From an uncultured Bacillales bacterium (GTDB lineage: Bacteria > Bacillota_I > Bacilli_A > RF39 > UBA660): a stretch of 64,000 nt of DNA. The notes beneath the pieces are model-generated. The model made no database searches, had not been told where the DNA came from, and saw nothing but the letters and a program-made list of their open reading frames with translations. Positions 1-9,200 of this stretch are shown here, in pieces. Numbering within the stretch: the first letter of the stretch is position 1; every line of letters begins with the position of its first letter. The stretch covers positions 17,919 to 81,918 of the forward strand of contig CATLHA010000001.1 in NCBI GenBank assembly GCA_949948745.1, given 5' to 3'. Made by a program: the position numbers and the translations under genes.

Positions 1-35
1 CTTCCATCATAGGAAAAAGTAATTTTATATCTCAT
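1..35 (-). CDS. truA: tRNA pseudouridine synthase A, first 11 codons only (gene runs off the left edge)
   Basis: Hand translation of the minus strand from the ATG at 33-35 gives MRYKITFSYDG, a typical TruA N-terminus. A GGGGAGG Shine-Dalgarno sits just upstream, overlapping the ecfT stop. This is the expected position after ecfA-ecfA-ecfT. Confidence 0.5.
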   Translation of the reverse strand, partial: MRYKITFSYDG

Positions 36-38
36 TTT

Positions 39-698
39 TTACCTCCCCAAAAGAAATGTAACAATGAAAATTAGTATGTGAAATAATAAATATTTTGTAT
101 CCCATCTTTCCCAGGTAATTTTTTCTATATAAGTTCTTTCCTTAGAATAATTATAGAATCTTAAATCATTCATCATTATGAATTCTTTCATTTCATATCT
201 TGTTTTTTTCCAAGCTTTCTTGAATGAAAAACGAATATAAAAGAAATCTTTTGCCATACCATATTCATCTCTTAAACGATCAAAAATATTAATATTTTTT
301 CTTAGTTGTTTGAAAAAGTAAATTATATTTAATATTTTGAAAGTAATCTGCTTACTTTGAAATTTATATAATGTCACTTCTAGAAGATATCTCAATTCTG
401 ATGTCTTAGTAAATTTTTTTACTAATAATAAATACACCAATAATAGAATCAATTTTGGTAACCATAAGATTCCTTCTATGAAATTTGCGGCTATGGCGAA
501 TAAAATGGCTATCATTGCGATTACACTCGTATTCTTTAACGGAAATGCAATAATTAATGTGATTAATCCAAAGGCTACAAGGAAAGTTGGTTGCTGTAAA
601 GCAATTAATGAAATGATTACTAAAATTAAGCTAATCGCTTTACTAAGAATATTAATATCATAAATAATAGAATTACTCTTAAACATGTTTATACACAT
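39..698 (-). CDS. ecfT: ECF transporter transmembrane (T) component, divergent
   Basis: 219-aa ORF with a multi-pass hydrophobic N-terminal half and a basic C-terminal half. It overlaps the stop of the second ECF ATPase and sits in the canonical ecfA1-ecfA2-ecfT-truA slot. The start could also be the ATG at 686 (MFKSNS). The call rests mainly on synteny and topology. Confidence 0.6.
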   Translation of the reverse strand: MCINMFKSNSIIYDINILSKAISLILVIISLIALQQPTFLVAFGLITLIIAFPLKNTSVIAMIAILFAIAANFIEGILWLPKLILLLVYLLLVKKFTKTSELRYLLEVTLYKFQSKQITFKILNIIYFFKQLRKNINIFDRLRDEYGMAKDFFYIRFSFKKAWKKTRYEMKEFIMMNDLRFYNYSKERTYIEKITWERWDTKYLLFHILIFIVTFLLGR

Positions 699-1488
699 CC
701 TTTATTAGATCACGAATGTCTTTGTGATATGATAATTTCACATGTTTTTCTCTTGCCTTGTATGTAAAAAGAACTATTTCTGGAATCTCTATATTATTAT
801 TTAATAGAAATTCTACATCTTGATATATCATTTCTGTCTTATCCGCTGCAATGATATGACTTCCTTTTATTACAACCAAATCTTCTGTTAATTCATAAAG
901 CATACTATTATCATTACTTGCGATAATAATTGTTTTATGATATCTTTCATGAAGCATTTTAATTAAACGAATCATTTTTTTCTTATTTGTATAATCTAAT
1001 TCTGCAAATGGTTCATCAAATATAATTACTTTTGGATTATATATTAAACTGATAGCGACCTGAATTAATTTCTGTTCTCCTGATGATAATTGATAAATTT
1101 CTTTATCTAAATATTCTTCTGTTAACCCTACAATTAATAAGGAATCTTTCATTTTCTTTTGAATATTTTTGTTCTTATAATCTAATCTTCCAATTAAAAA
1201 TTCCATTTCTTCTTTCACATTCGTAGTAAAGAATTGTTCCATTGGTTTTTGATGAATTAGGCATACAGTTTGTCTAATACTGATTAAGTTCTCACGATTG
1301 ATTATTTTTCCACCAACTTTTATTTCTCCACAACTTGCTAAAGTTAATGCATCTATTAATTCAATTAATAATGTTTTGTTATCTCCTGTAATTCCAGTAA
1401 TTGATTCAGATTTAATTTTTAAATTAATTTTGTCTAAATATTTTTTTCCTTTGTATTGGTAACCAACATTCTTAAGAATTATTTCCAT
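679..1488 (-). CDS. ecfA2: ECF transporter ATPase subunit (EcfA2-like), degenerate Walker A
   Basis: 269-aa ABC ATPase with Q-loop IHQKP, signature LSSGEQK, Walker B VIIFDEP and an ECF-type C-terminal region (IEIPEIVLF). Walker A reads GITGDNKT. Its start overlaps the ecfA1 stop by 10 nt. Confidence 0.8.
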   Translation of the reverse strand: MEIILKNVGYQYKGKKYLDKINLKIKSESITGITGDNKTLLIELIDALTLASCGEIKVGGKIINRENLISIRQTVCLIHQKPMEQFFTTNVKEEMEFLIGRLDYKNKNIQKKMKDSLLIVGLTEEYLDKEIYQLSSGEQKLIQVAISLIYNPKVIIFDEPFAELDYTNKKKMIRLIKMLHERYHKTIIIASNDNSMLYELTEDLVVIKGSHIIAADKTEMIYQDVEFLLNNNIEIPEIVLFTYKAREKHVKLSYHKDIRDLIKDVYKHV

Positions 1489-2288
1489 AAAGTAGTCACC
1501 ATCCTGTCCATATCTGTGATTACTCCATTTAGTAATTCATAAAATTCTAATTTTAAGGATAAATCTATCATAAATGGTAGTTCTAAACCTACCTTATTTA
1601 ATAAACGTTCCTCTTTTAAAACACTTAGTGGAGATCCTTCCATTACAATATTACCATTGTTTAATACATAAGTATAATCTGAGTCTACTATTTCTTCTAA
1701 ATTCATAGTTGTTAATATAACAGTAAGTTTATCCTTTTTAATTCTTTCTTTTAATATTTTTAATACCTTTTCTTTTGTTTTTTTATCCATCATTGATAGT
1801 GCATTATCAAGAAGCAAAAGTTTTGGATTATGAAGAAGGGAAATTACAATTAAAAGCTCTTGTTTTTCTGAATTTGTTAAATCCTCTATTTTTTTATCTA
1901 ACATTTCAGTAATTCCAAACTCTTTTGCTATATCGATAATCATATTTTCAATCTTATCAATAGGTGTATTTAAGTTTTCTAATGGAAAAGCCATTTCTTT
2001 ATAGACATTATCAAATAAAAATTTTCCATCCACATCAGAGAATACAACGCCAAAAAAACGAGAATTATCGTGAATTCGCGCATTATTTACATAAGCATAT
2101 CCGAGAACTATAGACTTCTTTGCATCAAGAAGACCACAGATTAATTTAATTAATGTTGTTTTACCACTTTGGTTATTTCCTATAAAAGTAACAAATTTTC
2201 CTTGTTCAATAGACAAAGAAAGTCCATGAAAAACATTTTTCTTCGGATAACTGAATTGTAAATTGTTAATCTCTAATGCTTTTATCAT
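1479..2288 (-). CDS. ecfA1: ECF transporter ATPase subunit (EcfA1-like), degenerate catalytic motifs
   Basis: ABC ATPase with Walker A GNNQSGKTT and an ECF-type C-terminus (GLELPFMIDL). Start set to the ATG at 2288 (MIKALEINNL) behind GGGGTGGA, rather than the ORF-track start at 2300. Confidence 0.8.
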   Translation of the reverse strand: MIKALEINNLQFSYPKKNVFHGLSLSIEQGKFVTFIGNNQSGKTTLIKLICGLLDAKKSIVLGYAYVNNARIHDNSRFFGVVFSDVDGKFLFDNVYKEMAFPLENLNTPIDKIENMIIDIAKEFGITEMLDKKIEDLTNSEKQELLIVISLLHNPKLLLLDNALSMMDKKTKEKVLKILKERIKKDKLTVILTTMNLEEIVDSDYTYVLNNGNIVMEGSPLSVLKEERLLNKVGLELPFMIDLSLKLEFYELLNGVITDMDRMVTTLWK

Positions 2289-2466
2289 AGTCCACCCCAT
2301 CGTAGATTTATATTATACTAAAAAGTGTATATATTTTCAACGAAATTTGTCATTACAATAATTATTATTATTGAATTTTATTCTTATGATTTTTTTTCTA
2401 GTTATTTCTTTGCTTTTAACGGCTATATTATAGCACAAAACTTAAAAAAAAGGAAGAAAAAGCGTT

Positions 2467-3219
2467 TTAATTCTTTTTCTTCTCTTGAATTTTATAAGTA
2501 ATTGCCATTAGTTTTTTATCTGATATAAATCTTCCGAAAAATCTAGCACATTTCATTTTAAATCCTGGAATGATTACTAGTTTATTTTTAAGCATTTGAT
2601 CTACTGCATAACGAGCTACTTTTTCAGCTGATAACGGTTTTACCGCAAAATTTACTCCTGCTACAGTATTAAAATTGGTATCTACAGGTCCTGGACAAAG
2701 ACAAGAAATATGAACCTTTGATTTTTGCTTTTTTAACTCATAGGCAATTGCCTCTGTTAATCGAAGTACATAAGCCTTTGTACTATAATAAGTTGCCATT
2801 AGTGGGCCTGGCTGAAAAGATGCAGAAGATGCCACATTTAAAATATATCCGCTATCTTTTTTTACCATTTCTTTTAAAAACATCTTTGTCAACATATGAA
2901 CAGATTTAATATTTAAATCAATCATTTCCAATTCTTTGTTTATGTCTGTTTCTGTGAAATATCCAAAATCACCGAACCCTGCATTATTAACTAAAATATC
3001 AATATCCTCATTTTTGGTTAAAACATAAAGGGATTTAATGTTAGACTCTGTTTCTATGTCCATTACTATAATCTTTGCTTTATGTTTTAATCTTGATGCT
3101 AGATCTTCTAATTTTTCCTTATTTCGAGCTACTAGGATTAAATGATAACCAAGCTCATCTAAATATTTAGCGATTTCTAATCCAATTCCTGAAGAAGCTC
3201 CTGTAACTAATGCTTTCAT
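2467..3219 (-). CDS. short-chain dehydrogenase/reductase (SDR) family oxidoreductase
   Basis: 250 aa with the N-terminal TGASSGIGLE dinucleotide motif, NNAG, and catalytic YSTKAY (YxxxK). Confidence 0.85.
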   Translation of the reverse strand: MKALVTGASSGIGLEIAKYLDELGYHLILVARNKEKLEDLASRLKHKAKIIVMDIETESNIKSLYVLTKNEDIDILVNNAGFGDFGYFTETDINKELEMIDLNIKSVHMLTKMFLKEMVKKDSGYILNVASSASFQPGPLMATYYSTKAYVLRLTEAIAYELKKQKSKVHISCLCPGPVDTNFNTVAGVNFAVKPLSAEKVARYAVDQMLKNKLVIIPGFKMKCARFFGRFISDKKLMAITYKIQEKKKN

Positions 3220-3401
3220 GACACCACCCTAATTTTATTATATTACCTATCTTTATTTTTATAAAGTACTTTTTTGTACGGATCATTTGTATTATATTGT
3301 TTTTTGTACTTTATCCCCTTTAATTCAACTTTTTGTTGGTTCTATTATAATTAATACCCCTTTAAAATGCAAGAAAAAGAAGCTTATTAGCATAAACTTC
3401 T

Positions 3402-4217
3402 CTATATTTTAATCACTTTATTTTGACTTATTACATGATTCTTATATTCTTCAAACAGCATATTATCAATTGATTTAGTAACACTATCTGGCATTCCAAA
3501 TAATGTTTTTACTGAATTTTTTTTCATTAAATATTCTAAATTTCCGCTTAATGGTGTATCAAATACTTCATAAAGAATAAAGTCATGGTTTTTAAAAAAT
3601 TCCGGATTTTCCTCTGGATATGAAAATACCTGTTCTGGAACGCTAGACATATCATACCCATCCTTAACCACTGTTACTATGGTTCCTGTTCTTGCCTCTG
3701 TGAAGTGAATTTTTTCTGAGTGTGTACCCATTCCTACTACAGTATAATTTCTATCTAAAATCTGAATCGAATAGTTAACAAGTTCTTTTTCTTCCATCAA
3801 AGCTTTAATAATATTTAACCACTCTTCGTTTGTTTTTTTCATACGTAATAAACTTATAGAATCTTTTGCATTTACAATGGCATCTTTGTCTTCTTGAAGT
3901 ATATGTACTTCTTCCTCTTTCGGTTCATTTTCCTTTTGTAGTTCTGCTAATTTTAAATCACGTTCTTGATATAATTGCTGCCTTTTTTCTTCCATCTCTT
4001 TTATTTTTTGGTAATATTCTTCATCTTTTACACTTTCTAATTTTTTTATTTGATTTCTCAATGAACTTAGCTTTTCATATCTTTCTTTTTTAAGACTTTT
4101 AGTTAATGATGTTTTAGAACCTATAACCTCCATACTTAAATCATATATTCTTTCTGCTATTCTCTCATAATGTTGCTCTAGCTCTTCAAAAGTTTCAATT
4201 TTTAATATATCAATCAT
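3402..4217 (-). CDS. hypothetical protein, coiled-coil-like N-terminal half
   Basis: 271-aa ORF. Residues about 40-110 are Lys/Glu-rich and heptad-like, and the C-terminal half looks globular. I recognise no motif. The ATG lies about 12 nt after the end of the SDR-fragment homology. Confidence 0.55.
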   Translation of the reverse strand: MIDILKIETFEELEQHYERIAERIYDLSMEVIGSKTSLTKSLKKERYEKLSSLRNQIKKLESVKDEEYYQKIKEMEEKRQQLYQERDLKLAELQKENEPKEEEVHILQEDKDAIVNAKDSISLLRMKKTNEEWLNIIKALMEEKELVNYSIQILDRNYTVVGMGTHSEKIHFTEARTGTIVTVVKDGYDMSSVPEQVFSYPEENPEFFKNHDFILYEVFDTPLSGNLEYLMKKNSVKTLFGMPDSVTKSIDNMLFEEYKNHVISQNKVIKI

Positions 4218-4232
4218 TTAATTTTTTCCTTT

Positions 4233-4365
4233 TTTCCTTATTTCGAGCTACTAAGATTAAATGATACCCAAGTTCACCTAAACATTGACTATTTCTAAAC
4301 CAATTTCTAAAGAAGCTCCTGTAATTAACGCTTTCACAACCCACTCTAAATTCATTATACTATTT
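4233..4365 (-). pseudogene. remnant of an SDR paralogue: 5' UTR plus about the first 35 codons
   Basis: About 130 nt align at roughly 85 percent identity to 3112-3245, the 5' end and upstream leader of the intact SDR gene. ATG is replaced by GTG (4335-4337), and the frame reads VKALITGASLEIGLEIVNV then a stop. The intact gene reads MKALVTGASSGIGLEIAKYL. Confidence 0.65.
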
Positions 4366-4404
4366 ATGTCTTTATAAAACATTTTTACCATCGAGTTTTT
4401 GATT

Positions 4405-5301
4405 TTATCTTTTTTTGAACAAAGTATGTACCTGTTTGATTTCTTCACTTTTCCATGTGTCATTCCATGGTCTTATATAAAATAAAGTGTTTTCATATTG
4501 ACTAACAAGTGACTTATAAATATCTAAAATTTCTCTATCACTCATTCTTTTTGTGTATCCGAGTTCTCCATCACTTAAATAAGTATCATGTGTTTCAATG
4601 TATTTGACCATTTGAGATCTATCTGATGTATCATAATTTCCTAAAACATGCATATACTTTGCGTATTCATCTAAAACTCTTTGGTTTTCTTCAAATATTA
4701 CTTCCCCATACAGAAATAATCCATACTTTTTTAAACGATAAATTAATTCTGGCCAAAAGTTATATCCTTCACTTGGTAAACCAATTGACTTAGCAGCATC
4801 AAAACGAAACCCTTCAATACCACAATCAATTAGTTCATTTAGAAAATCTACAATTTTATCCTGTAACATAGGATTATAAACGTTGAGACCGGGTAAGTCC
4901 ATACACCTATTGACTACTTCATAACGATTTTTCCAATCTTGAACTCTCTCTTTTGGTTTCCAAAAATCTAAACGATTTCGTAATTCAGGATCCACTTTTT
5001 GATGGGGTGTCAAATTATCCTCAAGACTTGCTCCCATATGATTGATAACAACATCACTGATAGGTAGTAATCCTACTTTCTTACATTCATCACAAAATAA
5101 TTTTAGTTCTTCCTTTGTACCAAAAAAATTTCCTATTTTAAAAGCAATTGGTTGGTAAGACATCCACCATTCTTTTAAACCATCTTCTTTTAATGGCTGA
5201 ATAGGATTGATCTGCACTGCATCAAACTCTTGTTCTTTTATTAACCTTAAATTTGGAATAATATCAATTAATCTCCAATTAAAACACTGTACAATTCTCA
5301 T
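4405..5301 (-). CDS. GH13 alpha-amylase-family catalytic domain protein, compact, no signal peptide
   Basis: 298 aa with the four GH13 conserved regions visible: DVVINHM (I), GFRFDAAKS (II), YGEVIFE (III), YIETHDTY (IV). It starts MRIVQCFNW and ends about 55 aa after region IV, so no domain C is present. Confidence 0.75.
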   Translation of the reverse strand: MRIVQCFNWRLIDIIPNLRLIKEQEFDAVQINPIQPLKEDGLKEWWMSYQPIAFKIGNFFGTKEELKLFCDECKKVGLLPISDVVINHMGASLEDNLTPHQKVDPELRNRLDFWKPKERVQDWKNRYEVVNRCMDLPGLNVYNPMLQDKIVDFLNELIDCGIEGFRFDAAKSIGLPSEGYNFWPELIYRLKKYGLFLYGEVIFEENQRVLDEYAKYMHVLGNYDTSDRSQMVKYIETHDTYLSDGELGYTKRMSDREILDIYKSLVSQYENTLFYIRPWNDTWKSEEIKQVHTLFKKR

Positions 5302-5387
5302 TTTTACCTCATTATTTTACATTTAACTTTATATTTTCATTTTAGCATAAGTTAAATCCACTTACTATATATTGGTATGTTTACTTA

Positions 5388-5807
5388 CTACTTTGTGGGT
5401 ACATTATGCCTTAAAAGAATTTTACATCCATCCTCTGTTTCTACGTGTTCAAATTCTACTATCATATTGCCAAAAGAGACTCTATTATATTCTAATGATT
5501 CATATCCTTTCATATCTTGATATTCTTTATAATCAATATTTGAAGTTCTATATTGCTCATCCCATAATTTTGTACGATAGACTACACCTGTTGGACTATT
5601 ATCGTCATGCTTTATATATACATCTATTCCGTCTTTAATATTTCTTATTTTCCCACATTCATCTAATAGAATCCACGCATTCTTTTGTTCTTTTTCACGA
5701 TCTAATTCAATGTTTATTGCTTGTGTTGCCAAGACTCCTACAGCTAGACCAATAAATAAATTTCTAACTCCAGTAGACTTTTTTTGGTTATTTTTTTTCT
5801 TTTCCAT
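5388..5807 (-). CDS. hypothetical membrane-anchored protein
   Basis: 139-aa ORF with a basic N-terminus followed by one hydrophobic helix (LFIGLAVGVLATQAI). No recognisable motif. Confidence 0.5.
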   Translation of the reverse strand: MEKKKNNQKKSTGVRNLFIGLAVGVLATQAINIELDREKEQKNAWILLDECGKIRNIKDGIDVYIKHDDNSPTGVVYRTKLWDEQYRTSNIDYKEYQDMKGYESLEYNRVSFGNMIVEFEHVETEDGCKILLRHNVPTK

Positions 5808-5902
5808 TCTTATCCCTCGCTTTATGTAAGTTTTATTATAACTTTTTTTTACATTATGTCAAATATTTTAAACTAAAAAGAATAGATTTCTCTATTCCTT
5901 TA

Positions 5903-6805
5903 TTATTTTATATTTTCTATTTGTAGGAAGGTATAAGTTCCATCCTCATTCACTTGATAAGTATATCGATAAATACTTCCTTGATTTTTAAAACTATCTA
6001 TCGTTACATATTTATAATAATCTTCTGAACTATTAAAATCTTTTTCTCCCAATAATTGAGTTTTATTATAATCTTTATAGTATTTTACAGTATCTAGCTC
6101 TTCATTTTTTTGTGTATATTCTGTAAATATGATTTCTTGATCTAAATATATTTTATTTCCTTTTTGTATTCCTTTGATGAATTCATTTTCATTTTCTGAC
6201 ATACAGATATCTGCACCACATGACCAATCGACTGAGTATTCTCCATCTTTCTCTGGATAAAATTGTTGATAATCACCATTATCAAGCATTTCAAAAGATG
6301 TATTTTTACCTAAAACATGATTTTTTACTTCAATAATTTGTTCTTTTGTATATTTCGGATTGCTATTAGGTTCCTTTTCTTTAGCTAGATTCATGATTAC
6401 TATATAATTTTTTTCTAAATTACTAAAATCATCTGGTGTTATTTTTTTACTTCCAAAATGTGAATATAATCTATTGCCACAATACATGGAATCATATACC
6501 ATATTAAAAAGCTCTTCTATAAGCTCCTTTGATATTTCTATTTCTTCCTCTTCTTTTTTCTTAATATCATTTTCTTGTGTTGGTTTGGAACTTTCTGATG
6601 GATTTTGCCTCTTATCTGTTATGTTATTCTTTTCTTCTAGGCTATCTTTTAAGAATATTTCTTTTATAACTACTCCTCCTAATGCAAGTACCATTATTAC
6701 TAGTAATGCATTAATAACCTTCAGTTTTTTTAATATCTTCCTTTCTACCTCTGGATCCATTTCTATTTCGATTTCATTGAAATCTTCTTCTTTCATTTTT
6801 TTCAT
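5903..6805 (-). CDS. hypothetical membrane-anchored protein
   Basis: Start moved to the ATG at 6805 (MKKMKEEDF) behind a GGGGGAAAA RBS. One TM helix (VINALLVIMVLALGGVVI) followed by an extracytoplasmic domain. No recognisable motif. Confidence 0.5.
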   Translation of the reverse strand: MKKMKEEDFNEIEIEMDPEVERKILKKLKVINALLVIMVLALGGVVIKEIFLKDSLEEKNNITDKRQNPSESSKPTQENDIKKKEEEEIEISKELIEELFNMVYDSMYCGNRLYSHFGSKKITPDDFSNLEKNYIVIMNLAKEKEPNSNPKYTKEQIIEVKNHVLGKNTSFEMLDNGDYQQFYPEKDGEYSVDWSCGADICMSENENEFIKGIQKGNKIYLDQEIIFTEYTQKNEELDTVKYYKDYNKTQLLGEKDFNSSEDYYKYVTIDSFKNQGSIYRYTYQVNEDGTYTFLQIENIK

Positions 6806-6952
6806 TTTTATTTTCCCCCTTTTACACCTTGATTGTATCATGAGATATTTTTAAAACAAATATATTTTCATAAAATAATATTTCTTTACACCTCTCATGA
6901 CAAAATAAAAAGAATACCAAATCTTCATTCAGTATTCCTTATTATTTTAAAA

Positions 6953-7297
6953 TTATTTTACTAATTCTAAGATAACCATTAACGCGTCATCTCCACGTCT
7001 TTCAGTCATCTTTAAAATTCTAGTATATCCACCATTACGGTTTTCATATCTTTTTGCAAGATCATCAAATACTTTTTTTACAGCTTCTGTATCATTTTGA
7101 AGGAATGCTAAAGCTTTTCTTCTAGATACTAGGCTTCCATTTTTTCCGTAAGTAATCATTTTATCAACGAATTTACGTACTTCTTTTGCTCTTGTTTCAG
7201 TTGTTGTAATCTTTTCGTGCATAATAACATCTTTTACTTGGTTAGCAAGTAAGCTTCTTCTATGTTTATTATCGCGACCTAATTTTCTATATGCCAT
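6953..7297 (-). CDS. rplQ: 50S ribosomal protein L17
   Basis: 114 aa, [20 protein letters not shown]. Last gene of the alpha operon. Confidence 0.96.
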   Translation of the reverse strand: MAYRKLGRDNKHRRSLLANQVKDVIMHEKITTTETRAKEVRKFVDKMITYGKNGSLVSRRKALAFLQNDTEAVKKVFDDLAKRYENRNGGYTRILKMTERRGDDALMVILELVK

Positions 7298-7314
7298 AAT
7301 TAACCTCCTTACTA

Positions 7315-8265
7315 TTAATCTTCATCTCTAAGTACTAAACCTAAATCTCTTACTTTGTCTAATACTTCTTTTAATGATTTCTTTCCTAAGTTACGGATTT
7401 TCATCATGTCAGATTCAGATTTGTTTACTAAATCTTGTAAGTTATGGATTCCTGCTCTCTTTAAGCAATTGTAAGCACGAACTGAGAAATCTAAATCCTC
7501 AATTGTTGTTTCTAGCGCTTTTACTTTTGGATCTTCTGCCTTTTCAATCATTAATCCTGTAACATCAGCGATATTACTTAAATCAGTTAGGATTTCAAAA
7601 TGTTCAATTAAGATACGAGATGCTAAGGCAACAGCCTCTTCTGGTTTCATAGAACCATTTGTCCATACACTTAATACTAATTTATCATAACTTTCATCTT
7701 GACCAACACGAGCTGGTTCAACTTCGTAAGAAACTCTTTCAATTGGAGAATATAATGAATCGATAGCAATTGTTCCAACTTTCTTATCAGTTAACAATTT
7801 CTTGTTATCGTCACTCTTAACATATCCTCTACCATTTCCTACAGTCATTTCCATTACTAAACTTCCGCCTTTAGCTAAGTTAGCAATAACTTTATCAGGA
7901 TTTAAAATTTCAATATCTGCATCATGTTCAATGTCCCCAGCAGTAACTGCTCCTTCTGTTGTTGCATTGATACGAATTACTTTCTTTTCTCCCGAATGAT
8001 TCTTAATTACTACATCTTTTAAATTTAAGATAATTAATGAAACATCTTCAATTACTCCATCAATTGTTTGAAATTCATGAGATACTCCCTCAATTTTTAC
8101 ACTTGTAATTGCACTACCTGGAAGAGATGATAACATAACTCTTCTTAATGCATTTCCTAAAGTAGTACCGAATCCTCTTTCTAATGGTTCTAATTCAAAC
8201 TTTCCATAGAAATTATTTTCAATATAATCTGTAATTTTGTAGATTGGTTTTTCAAATTGTAACAT
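7315..8265 (-). CDS. rpoA: DNA-directed RNA polymerase subunit alpha
   Basis: Typical RpoA N-terminal domain and C-terminal domain ([17 protein letters not shown]). Start set to the ATG at 8265 (MLQFEKP) behind AAGGAGGAAAG. The longer ORF-track start would overlap rpsK. Confidence 0.95.
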   Translation of the reverse strand: MLQFEKPIYKITDYIENNFYGKFELEPLERGFGTTLGNALRRVMLSSLPGSAITSVKIEGVSHEFQTIDGVIEDVSLIILNLKDVVIKNHSGEKKVIRINATTEGAVTAGDIEHDADIEILNPDKVIANLAKGGSLVMEMTVGNGRGYVKSDDNKKLLTDKKVGTIAIDSLYSPIERVSYEVEPARVGQDESYDKLVLSVWTNGSMKPEEAVALASRILIEHFEILTDLSNIADVTGLMIEKAEDPKVKALETTIEDLDFSVRAYNCLKRAGIHNLQDLVNKSESDMMKIRNLGKKSLKEVLDKVRDLGLVLRDED

Positions 8266-8285
8266 GAAACTTTCCTCCTTTTCAA

Positions 8286-8669
8286 TTACCCACGAGGGCG
8301 TTTTGGTGGACGACATCCATTATGTGGAATTGGTGTTACATCTGAGATTGCTGTAACTTCAAGACCTGCAGTTTGTAATGAACGAATTGCTGTTTCACGT
8401 CCTGGACCCATACCTTTAACAAATACTTCTACCTTACGCATTCCCATATCGTAAGCAGCTTTTCCTGCAGCTTCTGCAGCCATACCAGCAGCGAATGGTG
8501 TTGATTTTTTACTTCCTTTAAATCCGATTGCTCCACTACTAGCCCAACTAATAGCGTTACCATCTTTATCACTTATTGTAACAATTGTGTTGTTAAATGT
8601 TGAATGAATATGTGCAACACCTTCTGGTACATTCTTTTTGACTTTTCTTTTTCTTGTCTTATATGCCAT
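8286..8669 (-). CDS. rpsK: 30S ribosomal protein S11
   Basis: 127 aa, [18 protein letters not shown]. Confidence 0.96.
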   Translation of the reverse strand: MAYKTRKRKVKKNVPEGVAHIHSTFNNTIVTISDKDGNAISWASSGAIGFKGSKKSTPFAAGMAAEAAGKAAYDMGMRKVEVFVKGMGPGRETAIRSLQTAGLEVTAISDVTPIPHNGCRPPKRPRG

Positions 8670-8692
8670 AAGTCTGACCTCCTAACTATTTA

Positions 8693-9058
8693 TTATTTCT
8701 TTTTATTAGCAATTGTTTTTGGTTTACCTTTACGAGTACGTGCATTTCTATTAGTTCTTTGTCCTCTTACTGGTAATCCTCTTTTATGACGGATTCCTTC
8801 ATATGAATTAATTTCCATCTTAGTTTTGATGTTCATATTAACTTCACGACGTAGGTCACCTTCAGTTAAGTATTTAGATACTTCATCACGAATTCTAGCT
8901 AATTCATCATTATCCAAATCCTTTGCCTTTTTACTAGGTTCTACTTTTGCATCTTCGCAAATCGTTAAAGCTAATTTTCTTCCGATACCATAAATATAAG
9001 TTAATGCGATTGATATATGTTTATCGTTAGGTACATCGATTCCTTTAATACGTGCCAT
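8693..9058 (-). CDS. rpsM: 30S ribosomal protein S13
   Basis: 121 aa, [14 protein letters not shown], with a basic C-terminus. Confidence 0.96.
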   Translation of the reverse strand: MARIKGIDVPNDKHISIALTYIYGIGRKLALTICEDAKVEPSKKAKDLDNDELARIRDEVSKYLTEGDLRREVNMNIKTKMEINSYEGIRHKRGLPVRGQRTNRNARTRKGKPKTIANKKK

Positions 9059-9076
9059 AAATACACCTCCTATAAA

Positions 9077-9190
9077 TTATCCTTGTGTTTGTTTGTGCTT
9101 TGGATTTTCACAAATAACCTTGATTTTACCTTTTCTTCTGATTATTCTACATTTTGCACAAATTGGTTTAACTGATGCTTTTACTTTCAT
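9077..9190 (-). CDS. rpmJ: 50S ribosomal protein L36
   Basis: Absent from the ORF track because it is under 60 aa. Hand translation gives [37 protein letters not shown] (37 aa, CxxC...C...H zinc ribbon), between infA and rpsM. Confidence 0.93.
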   Translation of the reverse strand: MKVKASVKPICAKCRIIRRKGKIKVICENPKHKQTQG

Positions 9191-9200
9191 AATTTCCCTC

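Noticed and set aside
478-663. Plus-strand ORFs antisense to clear minus-strand genes. Examples: 478-663, 2718-2909, 3866-4093, 5372-5638, 6474-6854, 7374-7562, 7802-7999, 8604-8789, 9730-9972, 11281-11517, 14315-14539, 14782-15087, 15540-15728, 22281-22490, 25436-25714, 29295-29513, 30151-30534, 35358-35912, 50818-51027, 51712-51999, 60696-61193.
   Set aside because: All lie inside well-supported genes on the opposite strand and lack SD sequences. Their low-complexity Leu/Phe/Ser/Ile-rich translations are what antisense frames of AT-rich coding DNA typically give.
2321-2340. AAGTGTAT half-site upstream of ecfA1, considered as a fourth NrtR-type operator.
   Set aside because: Only the left half-site is present and no ATACACTT partner lies at the right spacing. 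A single 8-mer in AT-rich DNA is not convincing.
4278-4463. 61-aa ORF overlapping the GH13 3' end.
   Set aside because: Its C-terminal 19 residues are the decayed SDR N-terminus (VKALITGASLEIGLEIVNV), and the rest overlaps the amylase gene. It is better explained as a pseudogene remnant than as a gene.
8266-8316. 17-codon N-terminal extension of rpoA in the ORF track ([17 protein letters not shown]).
   Set aside because: The extension overlaps the rpsK 3' end. A strong AAGGAGGAAAG RBS precedes the internal ATG at 8265, which yields the canonical RpoA N-terminus.
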